Assembly: GCF_009914755.1 (NCBI RefSeq)
Contig: NC_060929.1
DNA: 64,000 nt
From: the human T2T-CHM13v2.0 reference genome, Homo sapiens
Strand: one strand, 5' to 3'
The notes under the pieces are model-generated. The model was not told the origin of the DNA, did no database searches, and saw nothing but the letters and a program-made list of their open reading frames with translations. Made by a program: the position numbers and the translations under genes. The stretch's first letter is position 1. The number at the start of each line of letters is the position of its first letter. Below, in pieces: positions 1-15,050 of this stretch.

Positions 1-308
1 TCTCTACCACCTCTTATTGCAACCTAGACATTCTTCTCTGTTGATCCCAGGTCTTCAGACAAACTCAACCAATTGTCAACCAGAAAATGTTAAAATTTAC
101 GGCTTTTCTGGACCAAACCAATGTATTTCTTAAATGTATTTGATTGATGTCTCATGCTTCCCTAAAATGTATAAAACCAAGCTGCACCACCTTGGGCACA
201 TGTTCTCAGGACCTCCTGAGGGCTGTGTCATGGGTCATGGTCACTCATATTTTGTTCAGAATAAATCTCTCCAAAACATGTTACAGAGTTTGACTTTTTT
301 CATTGACA
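1..308 (+). mobile_element. MER4-family ERV1 LTR, 3' part
   Basis: MER4-like text (gctgcaccaccttgggcacatgttctcaggacctcctgagggctgtgtca), AATAAA near 260 and a terminal ...ttgaca; truncated by the window edge. Confidence 0.7.
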
Positions 309-418
309 GACATCAGCCAAAATTTTAACATCCATATACGTACGCATGGAAGAAAGACTGGAAGACTGGAAACCCACCAAGGTGTTTACCACAGATGGTG
401 ACATTGTCGGTGATTTAA

Positions 419-712
<294 letters not shown>

Positions 713-1590
713 CTAAATTTTTTCTTTATATTTTAAATTTTGATGTTTCAACAATGAACAATAATCAGAAAAAAGCGCTATGTTGTTTATTTTTAGTAGA
801 GAATTCCCTGAAGTCTAACTTTAAATGTCTCTCTTCCTCCCTTACAAACCCTATTCTTACAAACTGTAGTGTCTTTTTCTCTGAGACCACTTATTTAGCC
901 ATGCGTGGCCACTCCCCCTCTGCATTGTCAGTTATTTCTTAAAATGACCCTAGCACCTAGCATAGCACCAACAAATCAGAGAAGTCAAGCGCATGTTTTC
1001 TGAAATGAACCTGTCTTGAGAATGCCCAGGATTTTCTTTGTTAATATCATCACCGTTTTAAAACTTGTTTACGGTACAAGTATAGCACCAACCAAATAAC
1101 AGAGCCATTTGCCCCTTCATGGAAAGAGAGCAACTTATAATATGCTAGTCCCTGGAGTTCCTCAGGAATAAGGAAATTATCTAAAGGAGGAGTTATTGCC
1201 AAACATCCCTATCAACAATTCCCAAATGATAGAAATTTGGTCATCAAATATTATCTAGTGCCATCAAAGAAACAATTGAAAGTTAAAGCCCAATGACAGT
1301 TTAAAAAAAAACCCCTGATGTCCAACTTACCCTGATGTCCAATGGCTTACCATTTTAATTTTTTAATTTTTAAATTATTTAAAATTTTTTGTGGGTATAT
1401 AGTAGGTGTATATAGGGTATATGAAAGGTTTTAATACAGGCATGCAATGTGAAATAAGCACATCATAAAGAATAGGGTATCCTTTCCCCCAAACATTTAT
1501 TCTTTGAGTTAAAAGCAATCCAATTACATTAAGTTATTTTAAAATATAGAGGGGTTTTTTTGCTTTCCCTTTCTTTCTTTCTTTTCTTCC

Positions 1591-1885
1591 TTTTTTTTTT
1601 TTTTTTTTTTTGAGACAGAGTTTGGCACTGTTGTCCAGACTGGAGTGCAGTGGCATGCTCACTGCAATCTCCGCCTCCCAGGTTCAAGTGACTCTCCTGC
1701 CTCAGCCTCCTGAGTAGCTGGGATTACAGGCACCCACCACCACGCCTGGCTAATTTTTGTATTTTTAGTAGAGATGGGGTTTCACCATGTTGGCCAGGCT
1801 GCTCTTGAACTCCTGACCTCAAGTGATCCACTTGCCTCGGCCTCTTAAGGTGACGGATTACAGGTGCGAGCCACCAGACCCAACC
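1591..1885 (-). mobile_element. AluS nested in L1
   Basis: Alu consensus, poly-T head. Confidence 0.95.
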
Positions 1886-2994
1886 ATTATACAGTTATTT
1901 TATTATTGACTATAGTCACCCTGTTGTGCTGTCAAATAGCAGGTCTTATTCATTCCTTTTAACTGTTTTTTGTACCCATTAATCATCCCCACCGTCCTCC
2001 CCAACCCCCTGCTACCCTTCCCAGTCTCTAGTAACCATCATTCTACTCTCTATGTCCATGAGTTCAATTGTTTTGATTTTTAGATCCCATAAATAAGTGA
2101 GGACATGCGATGTTTGTCTTTCTGTGCATGGCTCATTTCATTTAACATAATGATCTTCAGTTCCATCTGTGTTGTTGCAAATGACTGGATCTCATTCTTT
2201 TTCATGGTTGAATAGTACTCCATTGTGTATATATACCACATTTTCTTTGTACATTCATCGGTTGATGGACATTTAGATTGCTTCCAAATCTGAGCTGTTG
2301 TAAACAGTGCTGCAACAAACAGTGCAGGTTTCTCTTTGATATATTGATTTCCTTTCTTTTGGGTATATACTCAGCAGTGGGATTCCAGTAGCTGGATCAC
2401 ATGGTAGCTCAATTTTTAGTTTTTTGAGAAACCTCCAAACTGTTCTCCACAGTAGTTGTATTAGTTTACATCCCCATCAATGCATACAAGGATTCACTTT
2501 TCTCCACATCCTTGCCAGCATTCATTTTACCTGTCTTTTGGATATAAGTAATTTTAACCCGGGGTGAGATAATATCTCATTGTAGCTTTGATATGCATTT
2601 CTCTGATCAGTGATGTTGAGCACCTTTTCATATACCTGTTTGTCATTTGTATGTCTTCTTTTGAGAAATGTCTATTTAAATCTTTTGCCTACTTTTTGGT
2701 TGGATTATTAGGTTTTTTTTCCTATAGTTATTTGAGCTCCTTAAATATTCTGATTATTAATCCCTTGTCAGATGGGGAGTTTGCACTGTAGGTGTGGGGA
2801 TTTGTTTCCGGGTTCTCTATTTTGTTCCATTGGTCTGTGTGTCTGTTTTTATGCCAATGCCATGCTGTTTGGTTACTATAGCTCTGGTGTATAATTTGAA
2901 GTCAGGTAATGTGATTCCTCCAGTTTTGTTCTTTTTGCTTAGGATAGCTTTGGCTATTCTGGGTCTTTTGTGGGTTCATTTAAATTTTAGGATT

Positions 2995-3307
2995 GGCCGG
3001 GTGCGGTGGCTCATGCTTGTAATCCCAGCACTTTGGGAGGCTGAGGTGGGCGGATCATGAGGTCAGGAGATCGAGACCATGGTGAAACCCCATCTCTACT
3101 AAAAAAATACAAAAAATTAGCCAGGTGTGGTGGTGGGCGCCTGTAGTCGCAGCTACTTGTAGAGGCTGAGGCAGGAGAATGGTGTGAACCCAGGAGGCGG
3201 AGCTTGCAGTGAGCCAAGATCGTGCCACTGCACTCCAGCCTGGGCGACAGAGCGAGACTCTGTCTCAAAAAAAATAATAATAATAATAATAAAAATAAAA
3301 AAATAAA
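2995..3307 (+). mobile_element. AluY with a 12-bp left-arm deletion (AluYd-like)
   Basis: gagatcgagaccat|ggtgaaacc lacks cctggctaacac; AluY-type right arm; TSD taaattttaggatt at 2981-2994 and 3308-3321. Confidence 0.85.
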
Positions 3308-3978
3308 TAAATTTTAGGATTGTTTTTTCTATTTCTGTGAAGAATGTCATTGTTATCTTGATAAGGATTGCATTGAATCCATAGATTGCTTTGGCTAGTA
3401 TAGACATTTTAATATTAATTCTTCCAATCCATGAACATGAAGCATTTTTCTATTTTTTTGGTGTCCTCTTCAATTTTCTTCATCAGTGTTTCACAGTTTT
3501 CATTACAGAGATCTTTCACTTCTTTGGTTATCTTAATTCCTATGTATTTAATTTTATGTGTAGCTATTTTAAATGGGATTACTTTTTAAATTTCTTTTTT
3601 TTGCATTGTTCGCTGTTGGCATATACAAATGCTACTGATTTTTGTATGTTGATTTTGTATCTTGGAACTTTACTGAATTTGTTTATCAGTTCTAATAGTT
3701 TTCTTGTGGACTCCTTAGGTTTTTCCAAATATGAGATCATATCATCAGCAAACAAGGATAATTTAACTTCTTTCTTTCCAATTTGAATGCCCTTTATATC
3801 CTTCTCTTGTCTGATTACTCTAGCTAGGACTTCCAGTACTATGTTGCATAACAGTGGTGACACTGGGCATCCTTGTTGTATCCCAGATCTTAGACGAGAG
3901 ACTTTCAGTTTTTCCCCATTCAGTATGATTCTAGCTATGGGTCTGTCATATATGGCTTTAATTATGTTGAGTTATATT

Positions 3979-4289
<311 letters not shown>

Positions 4290-4747
4290 AAGGTATGTTC
4301 CCTCTATCCCCAGTTTTTTGAGGGTTTTTATCATAAAGGGATGTTGAATTTTGTCAAATACCTTTTCAGCATCAACTGAAATGATCATATGGTTTTTATC
4401 CTTCATTTTGTTGACATGATGTATCGCATTGATTGATTTATGTTGAACCACTCTTGCATTCCAAGAATACATATCATTTAGTCATGATGAGTGATCTTTC
4501 TGATGTATTGTTGAATTTGGTTTGCCAGCATTTTGTTGAGGATTTTTGCATCAGTATTCATCAAAGATATTGCCCTGTAGTTTTCTTTTTTTGATGTGTC
4601 TTTGGTTTTGGTATCAGGGTAATATGGGCCTCATAGAATTAGTTTAGGAGTGTTTCCTCCTCTATTTTTTGGAATAGTTTGAGTAAGATTGGCTTTAGTT
4701 CTTTAAATGTTTGATAGAATTCATCAGTGAAGCCATTGGGTCCTGGG

Positions 4748-5057
4748 CTTTTCTTTTCTTTTTTTTTTTTTTTTTTTGAGACAGAATTTTGCTCTTGTTG
4801 CCCAGGCTGGAGTGCAATGACACGACCTTGGCTCAGTGCAACCTCCACCTCCCAGGTTCAAGTGTTTAAGTGATTCTCATGCCTCAGCTTCCCTAGTAGC
4901 TGGGATTACAGACACGTGCCACCACACCTGGTTAATTTTTGTATTTTTAGAAGAGACAGGTTTCTCCAGGCTGGCCTTGAACTCCTCACCTCAAGTGATC
5001 CACCCACCTCAGCCTCCCAAAGTGCGGGATTACAGGTGTGAGCCACTGCACCCAGCC
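4748..5057 (-). mobile_element. AluS at an L1 ORF2 deletion junction
   Basis: Alu consensus; the flanks are non-contiguous ORF2 segments. Confidence 0.93.
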
Positions 5058-8000
5058 TCTTTATAGGTGAATTGTGTTTCTTGTAGACAATAGATCAATG
5101 GGTCTTGTTTTTTCATCTGTTCAGCCAGTCTATGTCTTTTGATTAAAGAGTTCAGTCCATTTATAGTCCATGTTGTTATTGCTAAGTAAGGACTTACTCC
5201 TACCATTTTGCTATTTTTTTTTTTTTGGTTTTTGTGGTCTTCTCTTCCTTCTTTCTTTCCTTCCTTTTGTTATCTAGTGAAGTGATTTTCTCTGGTGATG
5301 TGATTTAGTTTCTTGCCTTTTTATTTTTTGTGTATCCATTGCATATTTTTTGGTTTGAGGTTACCATAAGGTTTGCACATACTATGTTATAACCCATTAT
5401 TTTAACCTGATAACAACACTATTTGTATAAACAAACAAGCAAAAACATAAAAACTCTATGCCCTTAACGTTGTCCTCCTGCTTTTTAACTTTTTCTTGTT
5501 TCTATTTATATCTTATTGTATTGACTATGTCTTCAAAAGTTGTTGTAGTTATTATTTTTGGTTGGTTCATCATTTAGTCTTTCTACTTAGGATAAGAGTA
5601 GTTTATACACTACAGTTGCAGTGTTATTCTTTGTTTTTCTCTATACTTACTATTATCAGTGAGTTTTGTACCTTCAGGTGATTATTTATTGCTCATTATT
5701 GTCCTTTTCTTTTTGATTCATGTACTCCCTTGAACACTTCTTGTAGGATAGGTCTGGTATTAATGAAATCCCCCAGCTTTTGTTTGGGAAAGTATTTCTC
5801 CTGCAGGTTTGACGGATATTTTCACTGGATATACTATTGTAGGGTAAAAGCTTTTTTCCTTCAGCACTTTAAATATGGCATGCCATTCTCTCTTGGCCTG
5901 TAAGGTTTCCACTGAAAAGTCTGCTGTCAGATGTATTGGAGCTCCATTGTATGTTATTTGTTTCTTTTGCTGCTTTTAGGATCCTTTCTTTTTGGTTGAC
6001 CTTTGGGAGTTTGATTATCAAATGCCTTGAGGTAGTCTTATTTAGGTTAAACCTGCTTAGTGTTCTATAACCTTCTTGCACTTGAATATTGATATCTTTC
6101 TCTAAGTTTGGGAAGTCCTCTGTTATTATCCCTTTGAATAAACTTTCTACCCCTATGTCTTTCTCTACCTCCTCTTTAAGGCTAATAATCTTACATGTGC
6201 CCTTTTGAGGCTATTTCTAGATTCTGTAGGATTACTTCATTGTTTTTTATTCTTTTTTCTTCTGTCTCCTCTGTGTATTTTCAAGTAGCCTCTCTTCAAC
6301 CTTACTAATTCTTTCTTCTGCTTAATTCTGCTATTAAAGGACTCTGATATATTCTTTAGTATGCCAATTGCATTTTTTAGCTTCAGAATTTCTGCTTGGT
6401 TCTTTTTATTTCAATATCTTTGTTAAATTTGTCTGATAGAATTCTGAATTCCTTCTCTGTGTAATCTTGAATTTCTTTGAGTTTCTTCAACATAGCTATT
6501 TTGAATTCTCTGTCTGAAAGGTCACATATCTCTGTTTCTCCAGGATTTGTCCCTGGTGACTTATTTAGTTCATTTAATGAGGTCATGTTTTTCTGAGTGG
6601 TGTTGATGCTAGTAGATGTTCTTCAGTGTCTGAGCATTGAGGATTAGGTATTTATCATGGTCTTCACTGTCTGGGCTTATTTGCAGCCATCCTTGGGAAG
6701 GCTTTCCAGATATTTGAAAGGACTTGGGTGTTGTGATCTAAGCTGTATCTGCTTTAGAGGACACCCCAATCCCAGTGACACTGTGGTTCTTGCAGAATTG
6801 TAAAGGTACCTCCTTGAATGTCTTGGACAAGATCTGGAAGAATTCTCTGGATTACCAGACAGAGACTCTAGTTCTCGTCCCTTACTTTCTCCCAAACATA
6901 CAGAGTCTCTCTCTCTCTGTTCTGAGCCACCTACAGCTAGAGGTAGAGTGACACAAGCACTCCTGTGGCCACCACCACAATGACTGTGCTGGGTCAAACC
7001 TGAAGCCAGCATAGCACTGGATCTCATCTAATGCCTGCTTTAACCACTCCCTGAATACTGCCTATGTTCACTCAAGGCCCTGGGGCTCTACAATCAGCAG
7101 GTAACAATGCCAGCCAGGCCTGTGTCCTTCCCTTAAGGGTTTTAAGGTCCCCCAAGCTTCAAGTGGGTCCAGAAGTGCTGTCCAGGAGTCAGGGACTAGA
7201 GTAAAAAACATTAGAAGTCTACCTGGTATTGTATTGCAGCCGAGCTGGCACTCAAACCACAAGATGCAGTTCTTCCCACTTTTTCATCATTTTTTCCAAA
7301 GGCAGAGGAGCCTCACCTCATAGCCACCCCGACCCCAGGTCACAAGTACGGCCAGACTACCACCAATGTTCCCTTAAGGCCCAAGGGCTCTTCAGTCAAC
7401 TGGTTTGTAAATGCTGCCTGGCCTGGGTCTCACCCTTCAGGGCAGTGCACTCCCCTCTGGCCCGGGGAGGGTCCAGGAATGCTGTCCAAGAGTCAAGTCC
7501 TGGAATTGGGGATCCCAAGAACCCTCATGGTGCTCTATTCCCCTGTGGCTGTGCAAGACAAAGTCCCCTTTACTTTACCCTCTGCTTTTCTCAGGCAGAA
7601 GGAACGTTGCTCCATAGCCACCACAGCTGGGAATGTGCTGAGTCTAACCTGAAGCCAGCAAGTCTCAGCAGCTCACCCAAGGCCCACAGTGTAGTACCTG
7701 GGTATCACTGCTGGTTATTCAGGGCCCAAGGGCTCTTTAGTTAGCAGGTGATGAATGCTGCCAGGACCGGGTTCTTTCCTTCAAGGCAGCAGGTTCCCTC
7801 CTGGCCCAAAGTGTGTCTAGAAATGTCATCTTGGAGCCTGGGTCTGGAATGAGGGCCTCTCAACTCTGACTGGTGCCCTGTCTCGCTGTGGCTGAGCTGG
7901 TATTCAAGACTCAAGACAAAATCCTCTCCACTCTTCCCTCTCTTCTCTTCAAGCAGAAGGAAGGGGGTCTCTTTTGGAGCCTCCAGCTGTATAGCCCAGA

Positions 8001-8685
8001 GTTAGGAAAGGGGTGATGCCAGCACTTCCTTGGCTGCCCCACGTGATGTCTCAGTATGTTGCATGCCCTCTCAGCCCACTGTCTCTAGTCCTAGTTCAGT
8101 CACAGGACTCACTGAAGAGTTTCAGTCCTTATGGTCTAGACTGCCTTTCAAATATTCTTGGAGACACAGAGTGCTGTAGCGCTCTGCTGAATTTGATCCA
8201 GTTTTCCTTTCTGCTCTAACAGGACAGCACTGAGTTCAATGCTTCACAATTGCAGTGTTCTCCCTCTCCCAGTGCCCAGAAATGCCCTCTGCAACACACA
8301 CTGCTGCCAGGGGTGGGGCAGGGGTGGCATTAGCTATTTAGAACTGTTTTATTAATCTCTTCAGTGCCTCTTTCAGTGATTTGAAATCTCTTCAGTACTC
8401 TTTCACTGAGTACTGTGAGTGCACACCTGATTTTTGGTTCTTATGAAGGTGGGTTTTTTTTGTTTTTTTTTTGTTGTTGTTTGTTTTTTTTTCTGTGTAG
8501 ATAGTTATTAACTTGCTGTCCTTGGGGGAGGCAGGATGATTTTCCATTCCACCATCTTGGTCTGCCCCCCACCATTTTAATTTTAGATGCTCTCTTTCCA
8601 CAGAACATTAGGACAGACTTACTATCTTGAGGAATAAATAAATTTTGCAAACTATATACGTTACCTTTCACGAAGATAATTTTTA

Positions 8686-9026
<341 letters not shown>

Positions 9027-10026
9027 AATAAGGCTGGTTGCTTTTCATCATCACCAGATACTTCTGTCTTATCCCCTAGAGACCACTGATTAGTTTTTTG
9101 TTTTCATGGTTTTGCGTTTTCCATCATGTCATATAAATGGAATTAGGCATGATGTAGCCTTTGAGTCTGGTTTTTTTTCACTTAGCAGAATACATTTGAT
9201 ATTAATCTATGATTTTGTATATACCTTTTTATTGCTGTGTAGTCTTTCACTGCATGGATGTACCACAGTTTGTTTATTCAGTTGAAAAAGATTTGGGTTG
9301 TTTCTGGTTTTGGTTGACTGAATAAATCTGCTACAAACAGATTTTCATATGGATGTAAATTTTCATTTCTCTTTAAGGTAAGTAGTAAGTGTGGGATTGC
9401 TGGGTAGTATGGTATCATTATATTTAAAAATTTTACCTTTCTAATAGGTGTAAAGTGTTATCTCATTGTAATTTTAATCTGTATTTCCCTAACAATGAAT
9501 GATTTTGAGCATTTCTTTATGTGCTTATTTGACATCTTTGTTTTCTTTTTTTGTTGTTTTTTTTTTTTGAGACAGAGTCTCACTCTGTTGCCCAGGCTGG
9601 AGTGCAGTGGCACAATCTTAGATCACTGCAACCTCTGCCTACCAGGTTCAAGCAATTCTTTGCCTTGGCCCCCCAAGTAGCTGGGATTACAGGCGCCCGC
9701 CACCACGCCTGGCTATTTTTTTTGTGTGTGTGTATTTTTAGTAGAGATGGCTGTTAGTAGAGACCATGTTAGGCTGGTCTCGAACTCCTGACCTCATGAT
9801 CCACACACCTTGGCCTCCCAAAGTGCCAGGATTACAGGCATGAGCCACTGTGCCCGGCCGACATCTATATGTTTTCTTTTGTAAAGTATCTGTTTACATC
9901 TTTGAGCCATTTTTTAAAAATTGGGTTATGTTTCTATTCTTGAGTTTTAAGAGTTCTTTATATATTATAAATATAAGATCTTTGCCAAATATGTGTTTTA
10001 CAAATATTTGTCCCCCCTAACCCCAC

Positions 10027-10669
<643 letters not shown>

Positions 10670-10795
10670 TCACTTTTCATTCTCTTAATATTGTCTTTTG
10701 TAGAACATAAATTTTTAATTTTGAAAAAGTCAAATTTATCAAATTTTTCTTTTGTGGATTAGGCTTTTGATGTATCAGGAAATATTTGCCTAATC

Positions 10796-11003
10796 CAGTG
10801 GTTTTCAAACGAAGGGCAACTCTCATTCCCCAGAACATTTGGCAATATCGAAGACATTTTTGGTTGATTGGGGACAGAGTTGCTGCTGGCCTCTAGTGGG
10901 TAGAGGCCAGGGATGCTGCTACACATCCTACAATGCACAGTATGAACTCTTCAACAAAAAATTATCAATCTAAGATGTCAATAGTACCAAGGTTGACAAG
11001 CTT
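10796..11003. mobile_element. MER20 DNA-transposon relic
   Basis: cagtggttttcaaac...ctagtgggtagaggccagggatgctgctacacatcctacaatgcacag resembles the MER20 consensus. Confidence 0.8.
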
Positions 11004-11282
11004 AATTCAAGATCACAAAGATTTTGTTCTATTATTATTATTTAGAGACAGGGTCTTACTATGTTACCCAGGCTGGCTTCAAACTCCTGGGTTCAAGCAA
11101 TCTTACCATCTCAGCCTCCTGAGTAGCTGAGACTACAGGCACATACCACTGTGCCCGGCTTATTTCTTGAAAATTTTTTTACAATTTTAGGCTCCACATT
11201 TAAATCTATGATTCATTTTGAGTTTATTTTTATTTATTTATTTTTATTGTTTTTTGAGATGGAGTCTCACTCTGTTGCCTAG

Positions 11283-11417
<135 letters not shown>

Positions 11418-11820
11418 TAGTAGAGATGGGGTTTCACCACGTTATCCAGGATGGTCTCGATCTCCTGACCTCGTGATCTGCCTACCTCGGCTTCCCAAGG
11501 TGCTGGGATTACAGGTGCGAACCACCGTGCCTGGCCATTTTGAGTTAATTTTTGTAGCTAGTGCAAGGTATGGATTGAGGTTTGTTCTTTTTCAACTTTA
11601 AATCGAGGTTTTATGTTTAGTAGCTGAGCCATCACAGTACTTTACAAATAATAACTTTTTGTTTGTTTGTTTGAGACAGGATATCACTCCATTGCCCAGG
11701 CTGCAGTACAGTGGTATGATCGTGGTCACTGCAGCTGCGACTTTCTGGGCTCAAGTGATCCTCCCACCTCAGCCTCCTGAGTAGCTGGGACTACAGGTGT
11801 GTGACACCACACCCAGCTAA

Positions 11821-11988
<168 letters not shown>

Positions 11989-12425
11989 TAAGGTATAATT
12001 GACAAAATTGTACATATATATGGTAGACAACGTGATGTTTTGGTGTATGTATCCATTGTGAATAATTAAGCTAACATTTAATCACTTCACATATTTTTTT
12101 GGTGATGAGAACACTTAAAATCTAATCTCTTGGCAATTTTCAAGTATGTAATACATTATTATTAACTATAGTCACCATGCTATACAATAGATCTCCAAAA
12201 GTTTTTATCCTGTCTCATTGAAACTTTGTAGCCTTTGACCAACATCACTCCATTTCTCTGGCCTCCTCACCTGCCAGCACCTGCTACTATCATTGTACTT
12301 TCTGCTTCTAGTTCAACTTTTTTATATTTCACATATAAGTACAGTAATGCAGTACTTGTCTTTCTGTGCCTGGCTTATTTCACTTAACATAATGTCCTCC
12401 AGGTTTATCATGTTGCTGCAAATGA

Positions 12426-12585
<160 letters not shown>

Positions 12586-12791
12586 TAGCTGGGATTACAG
12601 GTGCCTGCCACCACGCTCAGCTAATTTTTGTGTTTTTAGTAGAGACAGGGTATCACTGTGTTGGCCAGGCTGGTCTCAAACTCCTGATCTCATGATCCTC
12701 CCACCTTGGCCTCCCAAAGTGGTGGGATTACAAGCGAAAGCCATTGCCCCCGCCAAATTTCCTTCTTTTTAAAGGCTGAATAGTATTCCAT

Positions 12792-12853
<62 letters not shown>

Positions 12854-12859
12854 TATATA
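12792..12859. repeat. (TG)5(TA)n microsatellite
   Basis: Read directly from the sequence. Confidence 0.97.
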
Positions 12860-13112
12860 CCAAATTTTCTTTATCCATTCATTTATCAATGAATATGGTA
12901 TTCATTCCATATTTTGGCTATTGAAGGTTCTTTTTTGATGATTGCCTAATTGTTTCAATATTATCAAGACTATCCTTTTTTTCTGTTGAATTATCTTTGC
13001 ACCTTTTCTGAATATCCATTGAGCATATATGTGTGCGTCTATTTTGTGAACACTTATTCTGTTCCATTGATCTATATGTCTATCCTTTCCTGATACCATA
13101 TAGTCTTGATGA

Positions 13113-13331
<219 letters not shown>

Positions 13332-13669
13332 TAGCCAGGATGGCCTCGATCTCCTGACCTCTTGATCTGCCTGTCTCAGCCTCCCAAAGTGCTGGGATTA
13401 CAGGCATGAGCCACTGCGCCCAGCTGCTTTATAGTAATTCTTGAAATAAGATAGTCTGAGTCTTAAAATTTTGTTCTTCTTTTTCAAAATTATATTTGCT
13501 ATTCTAGTTTACTTTATTATTATTTTTGATTGCTGCTTATAGTGGTTGCCAAGTAGCCAAACATTAAATTCAATATTTGGCCAAAGCTGAGACTGAAATT
13601 AAGTATCATCATTGCAGAAAAAAATTCTAATGTAAAAAAATTAATTTGAGATCTTATTGTAATAAATAA

Positions 13670-13960
13670 GGCCAGGTGCAGTGGCTCACACCTATAATCC
13701 TAGCAGTTTGGGAGGCCAAGGCAGGCATATCACTTGAGCCCAGGAGTTTGAGACCAGCCTGGGCAGCATGGTGAAAGCACTTCTCTACAAAAAATACAAA
13801 AATATCAGTCAGATGTGGTGGCACCTGCCTGTAGTCCCAGCTACTCGGGAGGCTGAGGTGGGAAGACTACCTGACCCTGGGGAAGTTGAGGATTCGGTAA
13901 GCCATGATTTTGCCACTGCACTCCAGCCTGGGCAACAGAGTGAGACCCTGTCTCAAAAAA
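13670..13960 (+). mobile_element. AluJ
   Basis: Alu consensus with J-type cacttgagcccaggag. Confidence 0.9.
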
Positions 13961-15050
13961 ATTAATAATCAAAGGTCTCTCTAACAACCTGCAACTCTTT
14001 GGAGTTGGGAACATTGGTTTACCTGGAACCAGTTTCTGCTTTTCCTGTACTTCTGGGCTGAGCCAAGGGTCAACGGAGAGGAAGCCATTCAGCTTCGGGG
14101 TCCTGACAACAAGTTGGTTGACCCGGCAGCCATGAGCGGAACTCTCAAAGTCATGTCGCCCAAGCAAGACTTGCCTATCTATCCTATCTACCCTGACCCT
14201 TGCCTCCTGGGTCCTAATGCCTGCCAGACAAACTTCCTCTCACTTCTCTTCTCTGAGGCTAGTCACGCTTCTAAAAACCACTCCCTGTCTCTGGTGCTTT
14301 TCTAGTTTCTCCTATGAGAATGATTTCTCGTATAAACTTCAGGACTCTGTTACCTCCTTTTGGCACCTGGGCTCACCAATGAGAAAGACATATTTTTTGC
14401 CCAAAGCCCCATCATAGGTGGGACTATCTGGAATTTTCAGATCCCTCCTCAGACAAGCAGGCCTAACAAAAGCAAAGCTATTCCTAAAGCTAGGATATGG
14501 GGAGCCTCAGAAATTGTATCCTTCCTATTCATATAAATGAGGACAAAAGGCATCACTCTTCTAACTCTGGAGATCCCTTTCCTCCCTCAGGGTATGGCCC
14601 TTCACTTCATTTTGGAGGCATAATATCTTTATAGGACAGGCGTAAAGTCTCAATACTAACAGGAGAATGCTTAGGACTCTAACAGGTTTTCGAGAATGCA
14701 TCATTAAGGGCCACTAAATCCGATTTTTCTCAGTCCTTCTTGTGGTCTAGGAGGACAGGCAAGTGTGCAGATTTTTGAGAATGCATCAGTAAGGGCCACT
14801 AAATCCAACCTTCTTTGGTCCTCCTTGTGGTCTAGGAGGAAAACTAGTGTTTCTGCTGCTGTGTTGGTAAGCGCAACTATTCCGATCAGCAGGGTCCAGG
14901 GACCATTGTGGGTTCTTGGACAAGAGGTGTTTTCGGCTACTGCATCGGTGAGCACAGCTATTCCAATCAGCAGGCTCCAGGGACCGTTACGGGTTCTTGG
15001 GCAGGGGGAGAAACAAACAAACCAAAACTGTGGGCAGTTTTGTGTTTCAG

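Noticed and set aside
1313-1342. 13-bp direct repeat ccctgatgtccaa beside the L1 TSD
   Set aside because: Ordinary short tandem duplication with no sign of function
7229-7744. 171-aa ORF antisense to the L1 5'UTR, ORF0-like by position
   Set aside because: Non-ATG start in a decayed old L1M 5'UTR; ORF0 is a feature of young L1PA elements
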